From IMG/VR virus record IMGVR_UViG_3300046663_000194: a DNA stretch of 64,000 bases. The stretch is one strand, 5' to 3'. The notes beneath the pieces are model-generated. The model had not been told where the DNA came from. It made no database searches and saw only the letters and a program-made list of their open reading frames with translations. The translations under genes and the position numbers were made by a program. Source of the stretch: an uncultured virus (IMG/VR IMGVR_UViG_3300046663_000194) (taxonomy: Duplodnaviria > Heunggongvirae > Uroviricota > Caudoviricetes). Positions 36,842 through 46,345 of the stretch are shown here, in pieces (positions within the stretch are counted from its first letter, which is position 1; each line of letters begins with the position of its first letter).

Positions 36842-36981
36842 TGCGTTTTTATAATCTTGTACCCGCGATCCTCAAGACCATCCAAAACCAAATCTGCCAT
36901 CTGCTGCGGGTTTTGAATACTGACAGCAGCCATAGCATCGATCAACGCTTGGCGAGCCTTTAATTGCTTCTCGGTCAGCAT

Positions 36982-37602
36982 TTACTGCACCGTAAAGCTA
37001 TTGACCTTGAACGTAGCGCTGCCGCTTGAGAGAAAGATACCGTGACCGGCGAAATACTGCCCGCCGAAGGTAAAGCCAGCACCGAACAGGTTGGACAGCA
37101 AGCCCTGGAACGCAGCCGCGCTTCCTACGCCGTAGCAACCAGTCCAAAGCGTCGGATCGAGCTTGACGGTTATTATCTGATTGTTGCCGACAACGAGCGG
37201 CGTTCGCGCAGCAAATTGCCGATACCAATTATATTCGTTCGCGCACGTCAGAGTGTCGCCGCTGCGCCACAAGAATAGATGCATCGTCGGCGGGTTGATG
37301 TCGGTTTGACTGTTGCCGCCCGATGCTTGCAGTTGCGCCCATACCGGATTGTTCGCCGTAACAGAAAAGTTCAGCGTGAGAGTTTGACCGATCTTGGGGA
37401 CACTCGGAAGCTGTGTATAAAAATAGCCAGCGTAACTACCGGGGCCTGGAAACGCGAAGCTCCCATTAGCGACTTTTACGCCGCTGTCGCTAACCCACTG
37501 CCCTACGTTTGGCGGGCTGCTACTTCCGCCGCCGCAGCCGAGCAGAAGGAGTAACCACCACAAGGCAAAAATGATTGCTACGTAGAGCCACCAAGGACGC
37601 AT
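36982..37602 (-). CDS. lipoprotein with aromatic-rich beta domain
   Basis: LLGC lipobox then GGGSSS linker. Confidence 0.75.
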   Translation of the reverse strand: MRPWWLYVAIIFALWWLLLLLGCGGGSSSPPNVGQWVSDSGVKVANGSFAFPGPGSYAGYFYTQLPSVPKIGQTLTLNFSVTANNPVWAQLQASGGNSQTDINPPTMHLFLWRSGDTLTCANEYNWYRQFAARTPLVVGNNQIITVKLDPTLWTGCYGVGSAAAFQGLLSNLFGAGFTFGGQYFAGHGIFLSSGSATFKVNSFTVQ

Positions 37603-37611
37603 TTTCGATCC

Positions 37612-37887
37612 CTAAGAAGATGGCAGGATAAACAGACACATCGGTGCGCCGCCCTTCTGCGCACAGGCATGACATTGCTTATCGAACGATGGGAACGTCT
37701 GCTTTGGTGTAAAGTGAATCCCGGCCCACTCATAACCCGTATCAGTCTCGGTAATGCTGTCGCAGGCGACGTTCTTGCAATCCCCCGTCTCACCGTCGCC
37801 GTTACAGCACCATGCCGGGTAGTTATCGTGCGCCCGAACCGGGGCGCACAACAACATCGCAGCAATAAATACCGACAACCACTTCAT
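37612..37887 (-). CDS. small secreted Cys-rich protein
   Basis: Signal peptide then AHDNYPAWCC...DC...HAC...CLF. Confidence 0.8.
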   Translation of the reverse strand: MKWLSVFIAAMLLCAPVRAHDNYPAWCCNGDGETGDCKNVACDSITETDTGYEWAGIHFTPKQTFPSFDKQCHACAQKGGAPMCLFILPSS

Positions 37888-38204
37888 GCAGCGGGCGTAT
37901 TCGCCGTAACCGCAGCGGCCACTGCCGCGTCATTAGTCGTAAGCGAGGCAGTGAGCGCGTCGAGCGCCGCCTGCGTAACCGGATCGCTCGAAGGCGGAAT
38001 CGCCTTGATGAGCGCAGTCAGATTGCCGAGCAGAGCGATAACCGAGTTCGTTACGTTCGTGTTGTTTGTGACCTCTGCCGTAAGTGCGTCTAGGGTAACA
38101 GCCATGCTTCTCTCCTGTGATGAAAGTCTCTGTAGCATGCCAATCATGACACGCTGATTGGCAACAATCTCGTTTAGCTGATCGCCCCACCACTTCCAAG
38201 GCAT
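37884..38204 (-). CDS. hypothetical helical protein
   Basis: LDALTAEV...AVTANTP; possible internal start at 38105. Confidence 0.75.
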   Translation of the reverse strand: MPWKWWGDQLNEIVANQRVMIGMLQRLSSQERSMAVTLDALTAEVTNNTNVTNSVIALLGNLTALIKAIPPSSDPVTQAALDALTASLTTNDAAVAAAVTANTPAA

Positions 38205-38205
38205 T

Positions 38206-38502
38206 TTATGCTGACTCTGCTGGCTTGATTGGTATTCGCTTGGCGATTTCCGGGGTGCTGACTACGATGATATTCAATCCGAGCACTTCGATAATATATT
38301 CTGAGCCGTTGACGCGCTTCATCGTGGCCGCATCGAATTCATTGGCAAAAACAATACTAAGGCGGTCCTTGTCCGCCTTCGTCGGCACACCGATAGTAAC
38401 CAACGTTTTCTCTGCATCGATGCCGCTCTTTTCCAAAAGCCAGCGAAGATCGGCCCCGACCTTGCATAACGTTGGTCTGCTAGTCGGGGCCAGTTGTGAC
38501 AC
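38206..38502 (-). CDS. hypothetical protein
   Basis: Packed ORF, GTG start. Confidence 0.6.
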   Translation of the reverse strand: MSQLAPTSRPTLCKVGADLRWLLEKSGIDAEKTLVTIGVPTKADKDRLSIVFANEFDAATMKRVNGSEYIIEVLGLNIIVVSTPEIAKRIPIKPAESA

Positions 38503-38503
38503 C

Positions 38504-38944
38504 TCAGGCGACTACTTCGAGCCGCTTCTGCTCCGAAGCCTCTTTTGCGTTCTTGGGCTTGGCTGGCATTTGCAGCACAGTCGCCGTCTGACCTTCATCG
38601 AGTCCAGTCAAGAGAACGACATGACCATCCGGCATTTCGATTGCATCGTGGTGCCGCATTGGCTCGTCTAGATTGATCTGGCGGAAGATCGCGACCTTAT
38701 GTTCGTTCTTCGCAAACGTAGTCATAATGCCTGCGAGCGCCTTGTAGTACCACGGCAGTGCCGTAGTGACCTCGGCATCAAACGCAATCTCGGTGCCGGG
38801 GAGTAGGCACACGGCAACGTTGACAGGATCATCTGGCCCCGCACCCGCGAAGCCCTTTGTTCCAGTGCCGAAGTTCTTCACCACAAGCTTGTCGCCAACC
38901 TTGGCTGAGCGAAAAGCAACGTTCTGTAGACTGTAGTCACACAT
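38504..38944 (-). CDS. conserved hypothetical protein (MCDYSL family, Rhizobiales-type)
   Basis: MCDYSL..., AVCLLPGTEIAF, HHDAIE.PDG, GQTATVLQ. Confidence 0.8.
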   Translation of the reverse strand: MCDYSLQNVAFRSAKVGDKLVVKNFGTGTKGFAGAGPDDPVNVAVCLLPGTEIAFDAEVTTALPWYYKALAGIMTTFAKNEHKVAIFRQINLDEPMRHHDAIEMPDGHVVLLTGLDEGQTATVLQMPAKPKNAKEASEQKRLEVVA

Positions 38945-40601
38945 GATGCTTGCTCCCATTGTGCCTGTTCGCGCTAATCCCGAATCGCGGGCCTTGCTGC
39001 CTGATGATACGCTTCGCCAAGCTCGCGAGTAGCATCTTATTTAATCGGTCGGACGGGCTTCCGGGTTTCGCGGGCTGTGGCGGATTCTTGATGTTTTCCG
39101 TCTGCGCCTGATCTGCCTCATCTTGATTATCCAACTGCTCATCGAGCAAGCCAGCGGCCTGCAATGCGCGAGGATCGCTAACATCGGGCAATCCGCCAGC
39201 GTCTAGCAGGAAGGTTTGCAGATCCTCGTTCGGGAACATCGGCATACCGGCTTGCGACATGCGCAGCACATAATTCGAAAGCACATCTAGGTCTACCCGC
39301 TGCGCTAGATCAGGGACAAGCTTCGGCTTTGTTTTCGGATCGAAGCCGTTTAACTGCCACAACCGCTCGACGGCGTACTTGTTATAGACCTCGGCAAAAT
39401 TATTCAGGTAGCCCTCCACTGCCTGAAAAAACATATCGACCTTAGTGACCGCCAGCGATTGCGTGCCGCGCGCTTCGTGCCCAAGGCTTAGGAAGTCCGC
39501 AAGCACAGATGTCATCATGCCGATATTGTAGCGACCGATTGCGACCTCGAAATTCAACGCCGTGCCGCGACCGCCTTGTGGCGTCTGTAGCTCAAGTGAA
39601 AATTGCGGAAGACTGGTCGGGCCGTTTGCGCCCTGCCACGGATCGCTTGGCATCACGGCACCCATCTGTTCGTCCACTCGCATGTTACGCGCGAGAGAGC
39701 GAAACGATTCCATGCTCGCCATCGCTTTTGAATTGCCTGCGTTGGCGGCTTCAATCATCGCCATCGGCACCTTGACGACAGGAAAGCCGCCCATGCGTTC
39801 GCCCAAGATAGCCTCTAGCTCCTGCAATCGTTTGATAAAGTAATAGGGAACGTAGGCAGTACGTAGGATCGAGCGGCCTTCTGGATTGTTCTTATGCGAA
39901 GTCGGCCGAAACAGCAGCATCTTCTCTATTGCCATGTCGCGCATGATGCCGGTCCACGGCAACTGACGCACGCCGGTGATCGTGCCGACACCATCGAAGT
40001 ACCATTGCAGAATAGTATCCTGCCCGCGTAACGGAATGCGCCGCCAGCCAATCAATCCATCATCGTAATCGCTCGCGCCTTGCCGCTGGCCGTCAGCAGA
40101 TTGCGGCGGCGTTTTTCCGAGCCTGCGCTTATAGACAATCTCGTGCGGAGCGTAGCCGTACTGTAGCGCCGATAGATTCTCGATAATCAAATCGGACCAC
40201 GTGTGGCTCATGTCGTCCATGCACGATTGAATAAAGTCTGCCGCTTGCTGTCCCTGGCCGGTGCCGACTTCCTCGCTTGGCTCGACGCGCCACTCCACTT
40301 TGCGCATGGTACTTTGAATTGCGTAAAGCAACGCGCCAATAGTCGGGCTGTTGTCGCCCATCTCGCGGTATTTCTGCGCGCCCTGCCGACCTTGTAACTC
40401 AAAAAGCGTTTCTTCCTTCACCCAACCGGAAAAGACGCGAAGGCCGGAGACGCCAATTTCTCGGAAGGTCAGCCCTCGCTGAATATTCCCGGTGTCGAAT
40501 ACCGGGGCCGCACCCGGCGTTGACATGATGTTGGTAGTGATGTCCGCGCGCTCATCGATCGGTCGAGAGAACGGATTTACTGGTTGCGTCGGATCAGCCA
40601 T
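38937..40601 (-). CDS. portal protein (DUF935/Mu gp29-like)
   Basis: YGYAPHEIVYK, NNPEGRSILR.AY, LWQLNG; follows terminase. Confidence 0.92.
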   Translation of the reverse strand: MADPTQPVNPFSRPIDERADITTNIMSTPGAAPVFDTGNIQRGLTFREIGVSGLRVFSGWVKEETLFELQGRQGAQKYREMGDNSPTIGALLYAIQSTMRKVEWRVEPSEEVGTGQGQQAADFIQSCMDDMSHTWSDLIIENLSALQYGYAPHEIVYKRRLGKTPPQSADGQRQGASDYDDGLIGWRRIPLRGQDTILQWYFDGVGTITGVRQLPWTGIMRDMAIEKMLLFRPTSHKNNPEGRSILRTAYVPYYFIKRLQELEAILGERMGGFPVVKVPMAMIEAANAGNSKAMASMESFRSLARNMRVDEQMGAVMPSDPWQGANGPTSLPQFSLELQTPQGGRGTALNFEVAIGRYNIGMMTSVLADFLSLGHEARGTQSLAVTKVDMFFQAVEGYLNNFAEVYNKYAVERLWQLNGFDPKTKPKLVPDLAQRVDLDVLSNYVLRMSQAGMPMFPNEDLQTFLLDAGGLPDVSDPRALQAAGLLDEQLDNQDEADQAQTENIKNPPQPAKPGSPSDRLNKMLLASLAKRIIRQQGPRFGISANRHNGSKHHV

Positions 40602-40607
40602 GAGTCA

Positions 40608-41984
40608 TCACCATAAGACGCCTTTTTCTTTTTTAGCCGGTTGATTACCAGGACGCACAGGCGACAAGGCCGGGTTTTGTACCTCACCCCATTGCGGGTC
40701 GCCAAAGTATTCTCGCGGTTGGGCTACTACACCGAATCCGCCTGTGCCTACGACAGTACGCCGAACCGACTCGACTGCATAGCGCACAGCATCAATAGTA
40801 TGGTTGTCCTTGTCGAGCAGCGACGGCAGCACTTCATCAGTCAGCTTGTCTCGCTCGTAGGCGTAAAACGTAAATTCGTCCACGACACGCTTACAGTTTG
40901 GGTGGATAATGACATCGTATGATTTGATGAACTCCACGCCCTCCTCGACAGAGCCTGATCCCTTGCGCGCTCGTTCAATCTGCGGGTAGCCGTGATTTGA
41001 CATGTAGCTGATAGTTTCCGGCCGAGCGCTGTCAGCCATGATAGGCCATTTGCGGGGGTGTAATTCATCTTCAGGTCCATTCGCTATGCTATCAAATAGC
41101 GCTGGCGTCTTGTCTATCTCGACGCCTACGCCGCTTGCCTCAGCATCGATATAAAGCACCCTCGTTTCTGGGAACACGTAGCAGCGCACCAGGACCGTAG
41201 GATCAACGGAGAACCCCCAGTCTGCGCCGTAGTATGGACGTGTCCCGCTGGGCACGTCCAATGCCTCAATCTTCCAATTCCTAAACACTGCCGAGTCGGT
41301 GCGGTGAGCGTACTGGCCTCGCCAGACGTGCTTATACTTCTCTGGGTCACGAACCTGATCCCTTTCCATTTCTACTTTGAGAACTTCGGGAAAGAACGGG
41401 TTATCCTCAATCTGCAATTCCTTAACGATTGCCCACTTGTCATAATACCGTTTAAGTGACGACGGCACTCCGGCGTCGGCAATATCCCCTTTCCGAAACA
41501 TCGCATCAACCGGATCGCGCGGGCTACGCGGATTCCAGGCGAACCAAATCTCCGAGCCGTTCTTACGAATGGTAGGGATTAGCGTGTTAAGACTGACTTG
41601 CGATACGGTGCTGGCTTCCTCTACCCATACGATGTCGATATTTGCCATTGATTGCATCGACACTGCACGCGCAGTCTGCAAGCCCTCAAATATAAACTGC
41701 GAGCCGTTTACTCCGGTGATGGTGTTCGCCGTAGACACGAAGAACGTATCCAACCCTGCCCGCATAATTGCTTCGTCGAGCATGTGTTTGACCGACTCGC
41801 GGATTGTCTTCTGTACCTCGCGGCAACAGAGTATACGGGTGGGCTTTTTGGTGGCCTTTAAGATGGCGGCAATAGCAAAGCTTGTACTCTTAGCTGCACC
41901 GCGACCGGAGAACATTGCCTTATAGCGCGCTCGAACCTTAACTAGATCACGGAACGCTTTCGGCAATTCCAGATCATGCGCCAT
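40608..41984 (-). CDS. terL: terminase large subunit (PBSX family)
   Basis: Walker A GRGAAKS, Walker B VWVEEA, WNP, GADWGFSVDP, DSARPE, NHTIDAVRYA. Confidence 0.97.
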   Translation of the reverse strand: MAHDLELPKAFRDLVKVRARYKAMFSGRGAAKSTSFAIAAILKATKKPTRILCCREVQKTIRESVKHMLDEAIMRAGLDTFFVSTANTITGVNGSQFIFEGLQTARAVSMQSMANIDIVWVEEASTVSQVSLNTLIPTIRKNGSEIWFAWNPRSPRDPVDAMFRKGDIADAGVPSSLKRYYDKWAIVKELQIEDNPFFPEVLKVEMERDQVRDPEKYKHVWRGQYAHRTDSAVFRNWKIEALDVPSGTRPYYGADWGFSVDPTVLVRCYVFPETRVLYIDAEASGVGVEIDKTPALFDSIANGPEDELHPRKWPIMADSARPETISYMSNHGYPQIERARKGSGSVEEGVEFIKSYDVIIHPNCKRVVDEFTFYAYERDKLTDEVLPSLLDKDNHTIDAVRYAVESVRRTVVGTGGFGVVAQPREYFGDPQWGEVQNPALSPVRPGNQPAKKEKGVLW

Positions 41985-42331
41985 TAGACAAACTTGACGT
42001 TGACTTGAATCGGCGGCGCACTCTTGTCCGCATCGCTTCGCAACGTAGTGTTTTGCAGCTTGGGCGATTGATACGGCGCGAGATTATTCGCAATCGTCGT
42101 GCCCTCATGTAGCGCCGCTTTCATCTTGCTTTGATCCGGATTGGGACCATTCGGCTGATGCTGCGCCGCAAGCCCGAACCAGAACTCCATCGCCTCGGCC
42201 ATGCGCTCGACCGCTAGCCTGCGCCCGGACTGACGTTCTTCTTTCTCTACTCGCTCGCGTGCGGCAGCCGTTGATTTATTGAGCGTGCCGCGTTGACGAC
42301 CGCCAGTTTTCTTCTGACCGATGATGCCCAT
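41984..42331 (-). CDS. terS: terminase small subunit
   Basis: KTGGRQRGTLNKST and LAPYQSPKL motifs; upstream of terL. Confidence 0.85.
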   Translation of the reverse strand: MGIIGQKKTGGRQRGTLNKSTAAARERVEKEERQSGRRLAVERMAEAMEFWFGLAAQHQPNGPNPDQSKMKAALHEGTTIANNLAPYQSPKLQNTTLRSDADKSAPPIQVNVKFV

Positions 42332-42337
42332 GTCCCG

Positions 42338-42366
42338 ATAATAGAGCATTAGAACAAGTCACACAA
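42338..42366 (-). promoter_or_regulatory. sigma70-like promoter for terS (probably leaderless)
   Basis: TTGTGT-17 nt-TATTAT, ATG 6 nt after the -10. Confidence 0.5.
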
Positions 42367-42379
42367 AGAGCAGCTTCGT

Positions 42380-42418
42380 AAAAAAAACAAGCGCCCTGAC
42401 GGGGAGCCAGAGCGCTTG
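42380..42418 (-). terminator. intrinsic terminator ending the sugar operon
   Basis: CAAGCGCTCTGG/TCAGGGCGCTTG hairpin followed by T8 on the minus strand. Confidence 0.8.
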
Positions 42419-42515
42419 GAGGTCTACAAAACAGGGTCATCCCATTGGGGGCTGCAAGGAAACAGGACGACCTAATAATGCCTATTACCGCGATTCCGCT
42501 TATATGTGCAATGGG

Positions 42516-43139
42516 CTAGTTCTTCGTCGCTATTATAAGCCAGTCCTCGACCACCTTGCCGTTCTCTTGAACCGAGTGCTGTTCGACTTCGGCGCTAAAG
42601 CCATTGCGAGCAATTAACCCTTCGATCTGGTCCTGCTTGAGTTTCAATACCTTACCAGCGGTTGTCAGCTTATCGTCCCGCAATGGAGATGCGCAGACGC
42701 TTAGAAACCGACCGCCGCTGCATAAGACACGCGCCGCTTGCGCCCAGGCATAAGTCAGTTCTTCTTCGGTCAGGTTTTCCAATGAGCGAATATCGACCAC
42801 GAGATGAAACGACCGGGGCGTATACGGCCACGGCTTTGTGCAATCCGCCACGATCAGGCGCGGGAAGTTATGGATCGACTTCGCTGTGAGCCTATATAGC
42901 GCCCTAGAGATGGCCGTGGGTGAGCTATCGAAGCCGCAAGTAGAAAACCCTTGAGCGGATAGATACTCGGTATTCCTTGCCGTCCCGCAGCCGACCTCAA
43001 GACAGCTTACGGCGTGGCGCTGTTCTTCATCCCGCCCTTTTAGCCAATATTGCGCCTCGGCGATCAGGCGAAAATCGGGAGCGCGCCCTATAAGCAAACG
43101 CGCCTTATGCGCTTCATTCCATTCAACGGCGTAGTTCAT
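42516..43139 (-). CDS. class I SAM-dependent methyltransferase
   Basis: LEVGCGTARN, GFDSSPTAI, ARVLCSGGRF. Confidence 0.92.
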   Translation of the reverse strand: MNYAVEWNEAHKARLLIGRAPDFRLIAEAQYWLKGRDEEQRHAVSCLEVGCGTARNTEYLSAQGFSTCGFDSSPTAISRALYRLTAKSIHNFPRLIVADCTKPWPYTPRSFHLVVDIRSLENLTEEELTYAWAQAARVLCSGGRFLSVCASPLRDDKLTTAGKVLKLKQDQIEGLIARNGFSAEVEQHSVQENGKVVEDWLIIATKN

Positions 43140-44157
43140 TTTCGACGTGTTTCACGTGTGACACTTCTCGCCTTTCGCTTAACCATCGCCATACATTCTC
43201 CTCTAGAGCCTCGACTATTCGCGGCGCGCTATTGCCATCGCCGTAGGGATTCTCACAGGTTGATCGACCGTGATCGGCCAATTTCATTATTATTTCCGCA
43301 ATGCGATCAGGCTCAAGCCCTGAGTGGTAAACGTTGTCTGGTATTGTTCGCCCCCTCTGCCTGTCTCCCACAAGCACGCATTGCAGTCCGAAACTCGGTG
43401 CCTCATAGAGCATTGCGCTTGAGTTACCGACCATGACATCGCAATGAGTCATTAGAGAATAATAGAGTTGCGGCGAAACGTTCTCGGCGAACACGCATTG
43501 ATGCCTGCTACCGCTCCAATCGCGCCACACACTATTGATCGCTTCGCCTCCCGGATCAGCATTCGCGCCTAAGCACACGCACTGTATTTCAATTTTGGAT
43601 AACGCAGCCACGACAGCCCGCGCTTCCATCATTGGCTCTGACTCTACGGTATTCGGATGAACGCACACGATAGCGGCCTTTTGGTCGAGCCGCCAATCCA
43701 TGCGCTTAAACACGCCTTCCCTTGTCAGCACCGCCGTCTGCTTGATGCGATCGATGGCTGGCGAGCCGGTCATGTAGACCTTGTCGCCTTTGTGACTCAG
43801 CGGTCCCTCATTATAGTCGCCGCCAGTAATGCGATTGAACGCAACAGCATTGGTAGCGAAGTGGATACAGCTTAAAGCCGTGATCGCGTCCCTATAGCGA
43901 TTGTCCGCCGAGCCTTCCGTTACGTCGCCGCCCGCTATGTGGGCGATAGGAATGCGTCGTCGCGCAAGTTCAACTACTGCCTCCAAAACCTCAAATCTAT
44001 CGCCGCCGACAATGGCCGCGTCTACGTGCTTAGACGAATAGCCGAAGTCATCTGCTTGCCATAGGTGCGAAGTATGCCACGCCTTCAATAACGCCTCATG
44101 CACGACCTCTAGGCCGTTACGATCCGCGCGAGAGCCGGTGATGACCAGGACTTTCAT
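43123..44157 (-). CDS. neuC: UDP/GDP-N-acylhexosamine 2-epimerase, hydrolysing (NeuC/LegG-like)
   Basis: ITGSRAD, GDRFE, IPIAHIAGGDVTEG..D, GSPAID, NADPG, VGNSS, GDRQRGR, NPYGDGNSA. Confidence 0.93.
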   Translation of the reverse strand: MKVLVITGSRADRNGLEVVHEALLKAWHTSHLWQADDFGYSSKHVDAAIVGGDRFEVLEAVVELARRRIPIAHIAGGDVTEGSADNRYRDAITALSCIHFATNAVAFNRITGGDYNEGPLSHKGDKVYMTGSPAIDRIKQTAVLTREGVFKRMDWRLDQKAAIVCVHPNTVESEPMMEARAVVAALSKIEIQCVCLGANADPGGEAINSVWRDWSGSRHQCVFAENVSPQLYYSLMTHCDVMVGNSSAMLYEAPSFGLQCVLVGDRQRGRTIPDNVYHSGLEPDRIAEIIMKLADHGRSTCENPYGDGNSAPRIVEALEENVWRWLSERREVSHVKHVENELRR

Positions 44158-44315
44158 TTTCGCTCTACCATGCATCTAAATCCAAACGTGTGTACTAGCC
44201 TTGCCACGTCCGGGCGACCGTTGCAGGTGAAATCTTCCTTTCGCGACTCCTCATAGTTGCGAGCGCAGCCGCAGCAGGTCAAAAGCAGAACTGCTAGAAT
44301 CATGATGACCTTCAT
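44154..44315 (-). CDS. small lipoprotein (53 aa)
   Basis: MKVIMILAVLLLTCCGC...; stop overlaps neuC start. Confidence 0.55.
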   Translation of the reverse strand: MKVIMILAVLLLTCCGCARNYEESRKEDFTCNGRPDVARLVHTFGFRCMVERK

Positions 44316-44330
44316 TGCTGAGTCCCCTCT

Positions 44331-45446
44331 TTACGGTGTCGATGGCAGGCAGATGCAGCGCCGCCAGATGTCCTCCGCTGTTTGTAGACTACCTTGACGG
44401 GGGGCAAATTTGAAATGCGACAGCTTATGCAGTGGCGTGAAGATCGCTCGCGCTTCGAACCCGTCATCCAATAGCGCCTGGATCACCGCGTCCCGCTCGT
44501 TCATTACGCGAGGATCGAGCAGTATGGCATTGAGCCAGTGATTGCTTCCTGGCACGTCAATCATGCTGACGTTTTTGTTATCGTCAAAGGACACCGCATA
44601 GCGCGCCGCCAACGTCAGCTTGGCGCTCAATGTCTGAGCAAGCCTGCCAAGCTGTTCAACGCCCAACGCAGCGCCCATAGACGACATGCGATAATTCCAG
44701 CCGACCTCATCGTGCTGCCACAAGAACGGATGCTCGACTTTAGCTTGTCTCGCTAAATGACTGACGCGCTCCGATATTTGCTGATTGTTTGTCAGCACCG
44801 CTCCACCGCAGTCAGTCGTAACGATCTTATTAAGGTTGAAGCTCAATGCGCCAGCCATGCCGATTGTGCCGCAATGCTGCGTCAGAGCAAATGATCCCAA
44901 AGCCTCTGCGGCGTCCTCGATAACCACAATGCCGTAATACTCCGCAATGCTGTGTATGTCGTAAATCTCGCAGGGATTGCCGAGTAGATGAACGGCGACT
45001 ATGGCCGCGACCCGCCGCCCGGTCGCAATGTTCTGCAATGTGCCGTCCTGATGTCGATGGAAGAAGCCCCTATCCCCAAGATACTGTCGCAATTTGAAAC
45101 GGGCGACCCCTAGCGTTTGAACGTTGTTATCCACAAAATGCGGGACGGCCCCGGCGTATACGATGGCGTTGGCCGTGGCAGCGAAGGTCAGGGATGGGCA
45201 TAGAACCTCATCCCCCTTCCCCACACCCGCCGCTATCAAAGCGAGATGCAGAGCCGCCGTACCGCTACTGACGGGTATTACAAAATCAGCCCCGGTAATC
45301 CGCTTCAGGCTCGCTTCGAACTCCCATACATAGCCCTCCCCCAGATTTATCCTGCTCAAATGAATAGCGTGCTTGGGCCGCTGAAGCTCACGCGACCCGT
45401 CGCCTATTACCGCCCGGACGACGCCAACAATCTCATCCGCTATCAT
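44331..45446 (-). CDS. LegC-like DegT/DnrJ PLP sugar aminotransferase
   Basis: SSGTAALHLAL, LTFAATANA, IEDAAEALGS, SFNLNKIVTT, HDEVGWNYRM, NHWLN. Confidence 0.93.
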   Translation of the reverse strand: MIADEIVGVVRAVIGDGSRELQRPKHAIHLSRINLGEGYVWEFEASLKRITGADFVIPVSSGTAALHLALIAAGVGKGDEVLCPSLTFAATANAIVYAGAVPHFVDNNVQTLGVARFKLRQYLGDRGFFHRHQDGTLQNIATGRRVAAIVAVHLLGNPCEIYDIHSIAEYYGIVVIEDAAEALGSFALTQHCGTIGMAGALSFNLNKIVTTDCGGAVLTNNQQISERVSHLARQAKVEHPFLWQHDEVGWNYRMSSMGAALGVEQLGRLAQTLSAKLTLAARYAVSFDDNKNVSMIDVPGSNHWLNAILLDPRVMNERDAVIQALLDDGFEARAIFTPLHKLSHFKFAPRQGSLQTAEDIWRRCICLPSTP

Positions 45447-45705
45447 TGGACGTTTTCTTCCGATCAGTCTCTGCCATAAAAGCATTTAGTGTCGCCTCGA
45501 CCCGCGATCTAATGATGTCCATATCTATAGCCTGCCGCTGTCGGTGCAGATTTATCATCGAGACTACGGCCTGAAGATTATTGCGAACCTGATGTTGCAA
45601 CTCCGCGAGCAGAATTTCTTTTTCGTTTGCGCATTCCGCTAACAATTTTCTCAATCGTTTAACCTCGCCCCTTAGATGATTTTGTTGATGCCCGTTCGTT
45701 TCCAT
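45433..45705 (-). CDS. stand-alone HisKA_2/HWE-type phosphoacceptor helix protein
   Basis: EKEILLAELQHQVRNNLQAVVSMINL; no catalytic ATP domain. Confidence 0.75.
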   Translation of the reverse strand: METNGHQQNHLRGEVKRLRKLLAECANEKEILLAELQHQVRNNLQAVVSMINLHRQRQAIDMDIIRSRVEATLNAFMAETDRKKTSNDSG

Positions 45706-46345
45706 AAAGCCTCTCCCAAGCTACTTGTGCCATTTCCAAGTCCATGCCGTTGTCGATGTCGATGCTCCGCTCCTTCGGCATGACGTAGGAGTAAGCATAA
45801 GGGCCGTACCAATGACCGCCGCCACGCAACACCGATGTCTTGATAACGTAGACGGCACCATTGGGGCGCACGATGTCGGGTATGTGTTCGAGTCGTCCCG
45901 CGTGCCGACGATGGAATGCAATGTCGTCCTCACCTTCGGTAACACTCACCACGGAGTCCACACCGGCAGTAAGCATGTCGATGCACTGCGCTACGTCTAT
46001 CGCTGTGCGTAACGGCGATGTCGGTTGCAGCAGACAAATTGCATCAGCATCACAGCCGAGCTTTATTAACTCATCGTCCGCGTGTTTCATCACCTGCACC
46101 ATCACATCGTAGGTTTGTTCGAACTGCGGTTGTTTGATTAAAATAATTGGTTCAACAGACATCATCGCCGCCCCGACAAATATGCGTTCGTCGTCACTAC
46201 TTATAGCGATTGGATTGCATAGACCACTATTACGCGCGTGATTTACCGCATGAATCCACAACGAAACGCCGCCAACCTCACTCCAATTCTTTTCCGGCAG
46301 GCGCTTGCTGTTCTTTCGTGCCGGTATCAGTCCGACGACTTTCAT
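45659..46345 (-). CDS. neuA: CMP-nonulosonate synthetase (acylneuraminate cytidylyltransferase)
   Basis: IPARKNSKRLPEKN, LLQPTSPLR, PNGAVY, SIDIDNGMDL. Confidence 0.95.
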   Translation of the reverse strand: MKVVGLIPARKNSKRLPEKNWSEVGGVSLWIHAVNHARNSGLCNPIAISSDDERIFVGAAMMSVEPIILIKQPQFEQTYDVMVQVMKHADDELIKLGCDADAICLLQPTSPLRTAIDVAQCIDMLTAGVDSVVSVTEGEDDIAFHRRHAGRLEHIPDIVRPNGAVYVIKTSVLRGGGHWYGPYAYSYVMPKERSIDIDNGMDLEMAQVAWERLYGNERASTKSSKGRG

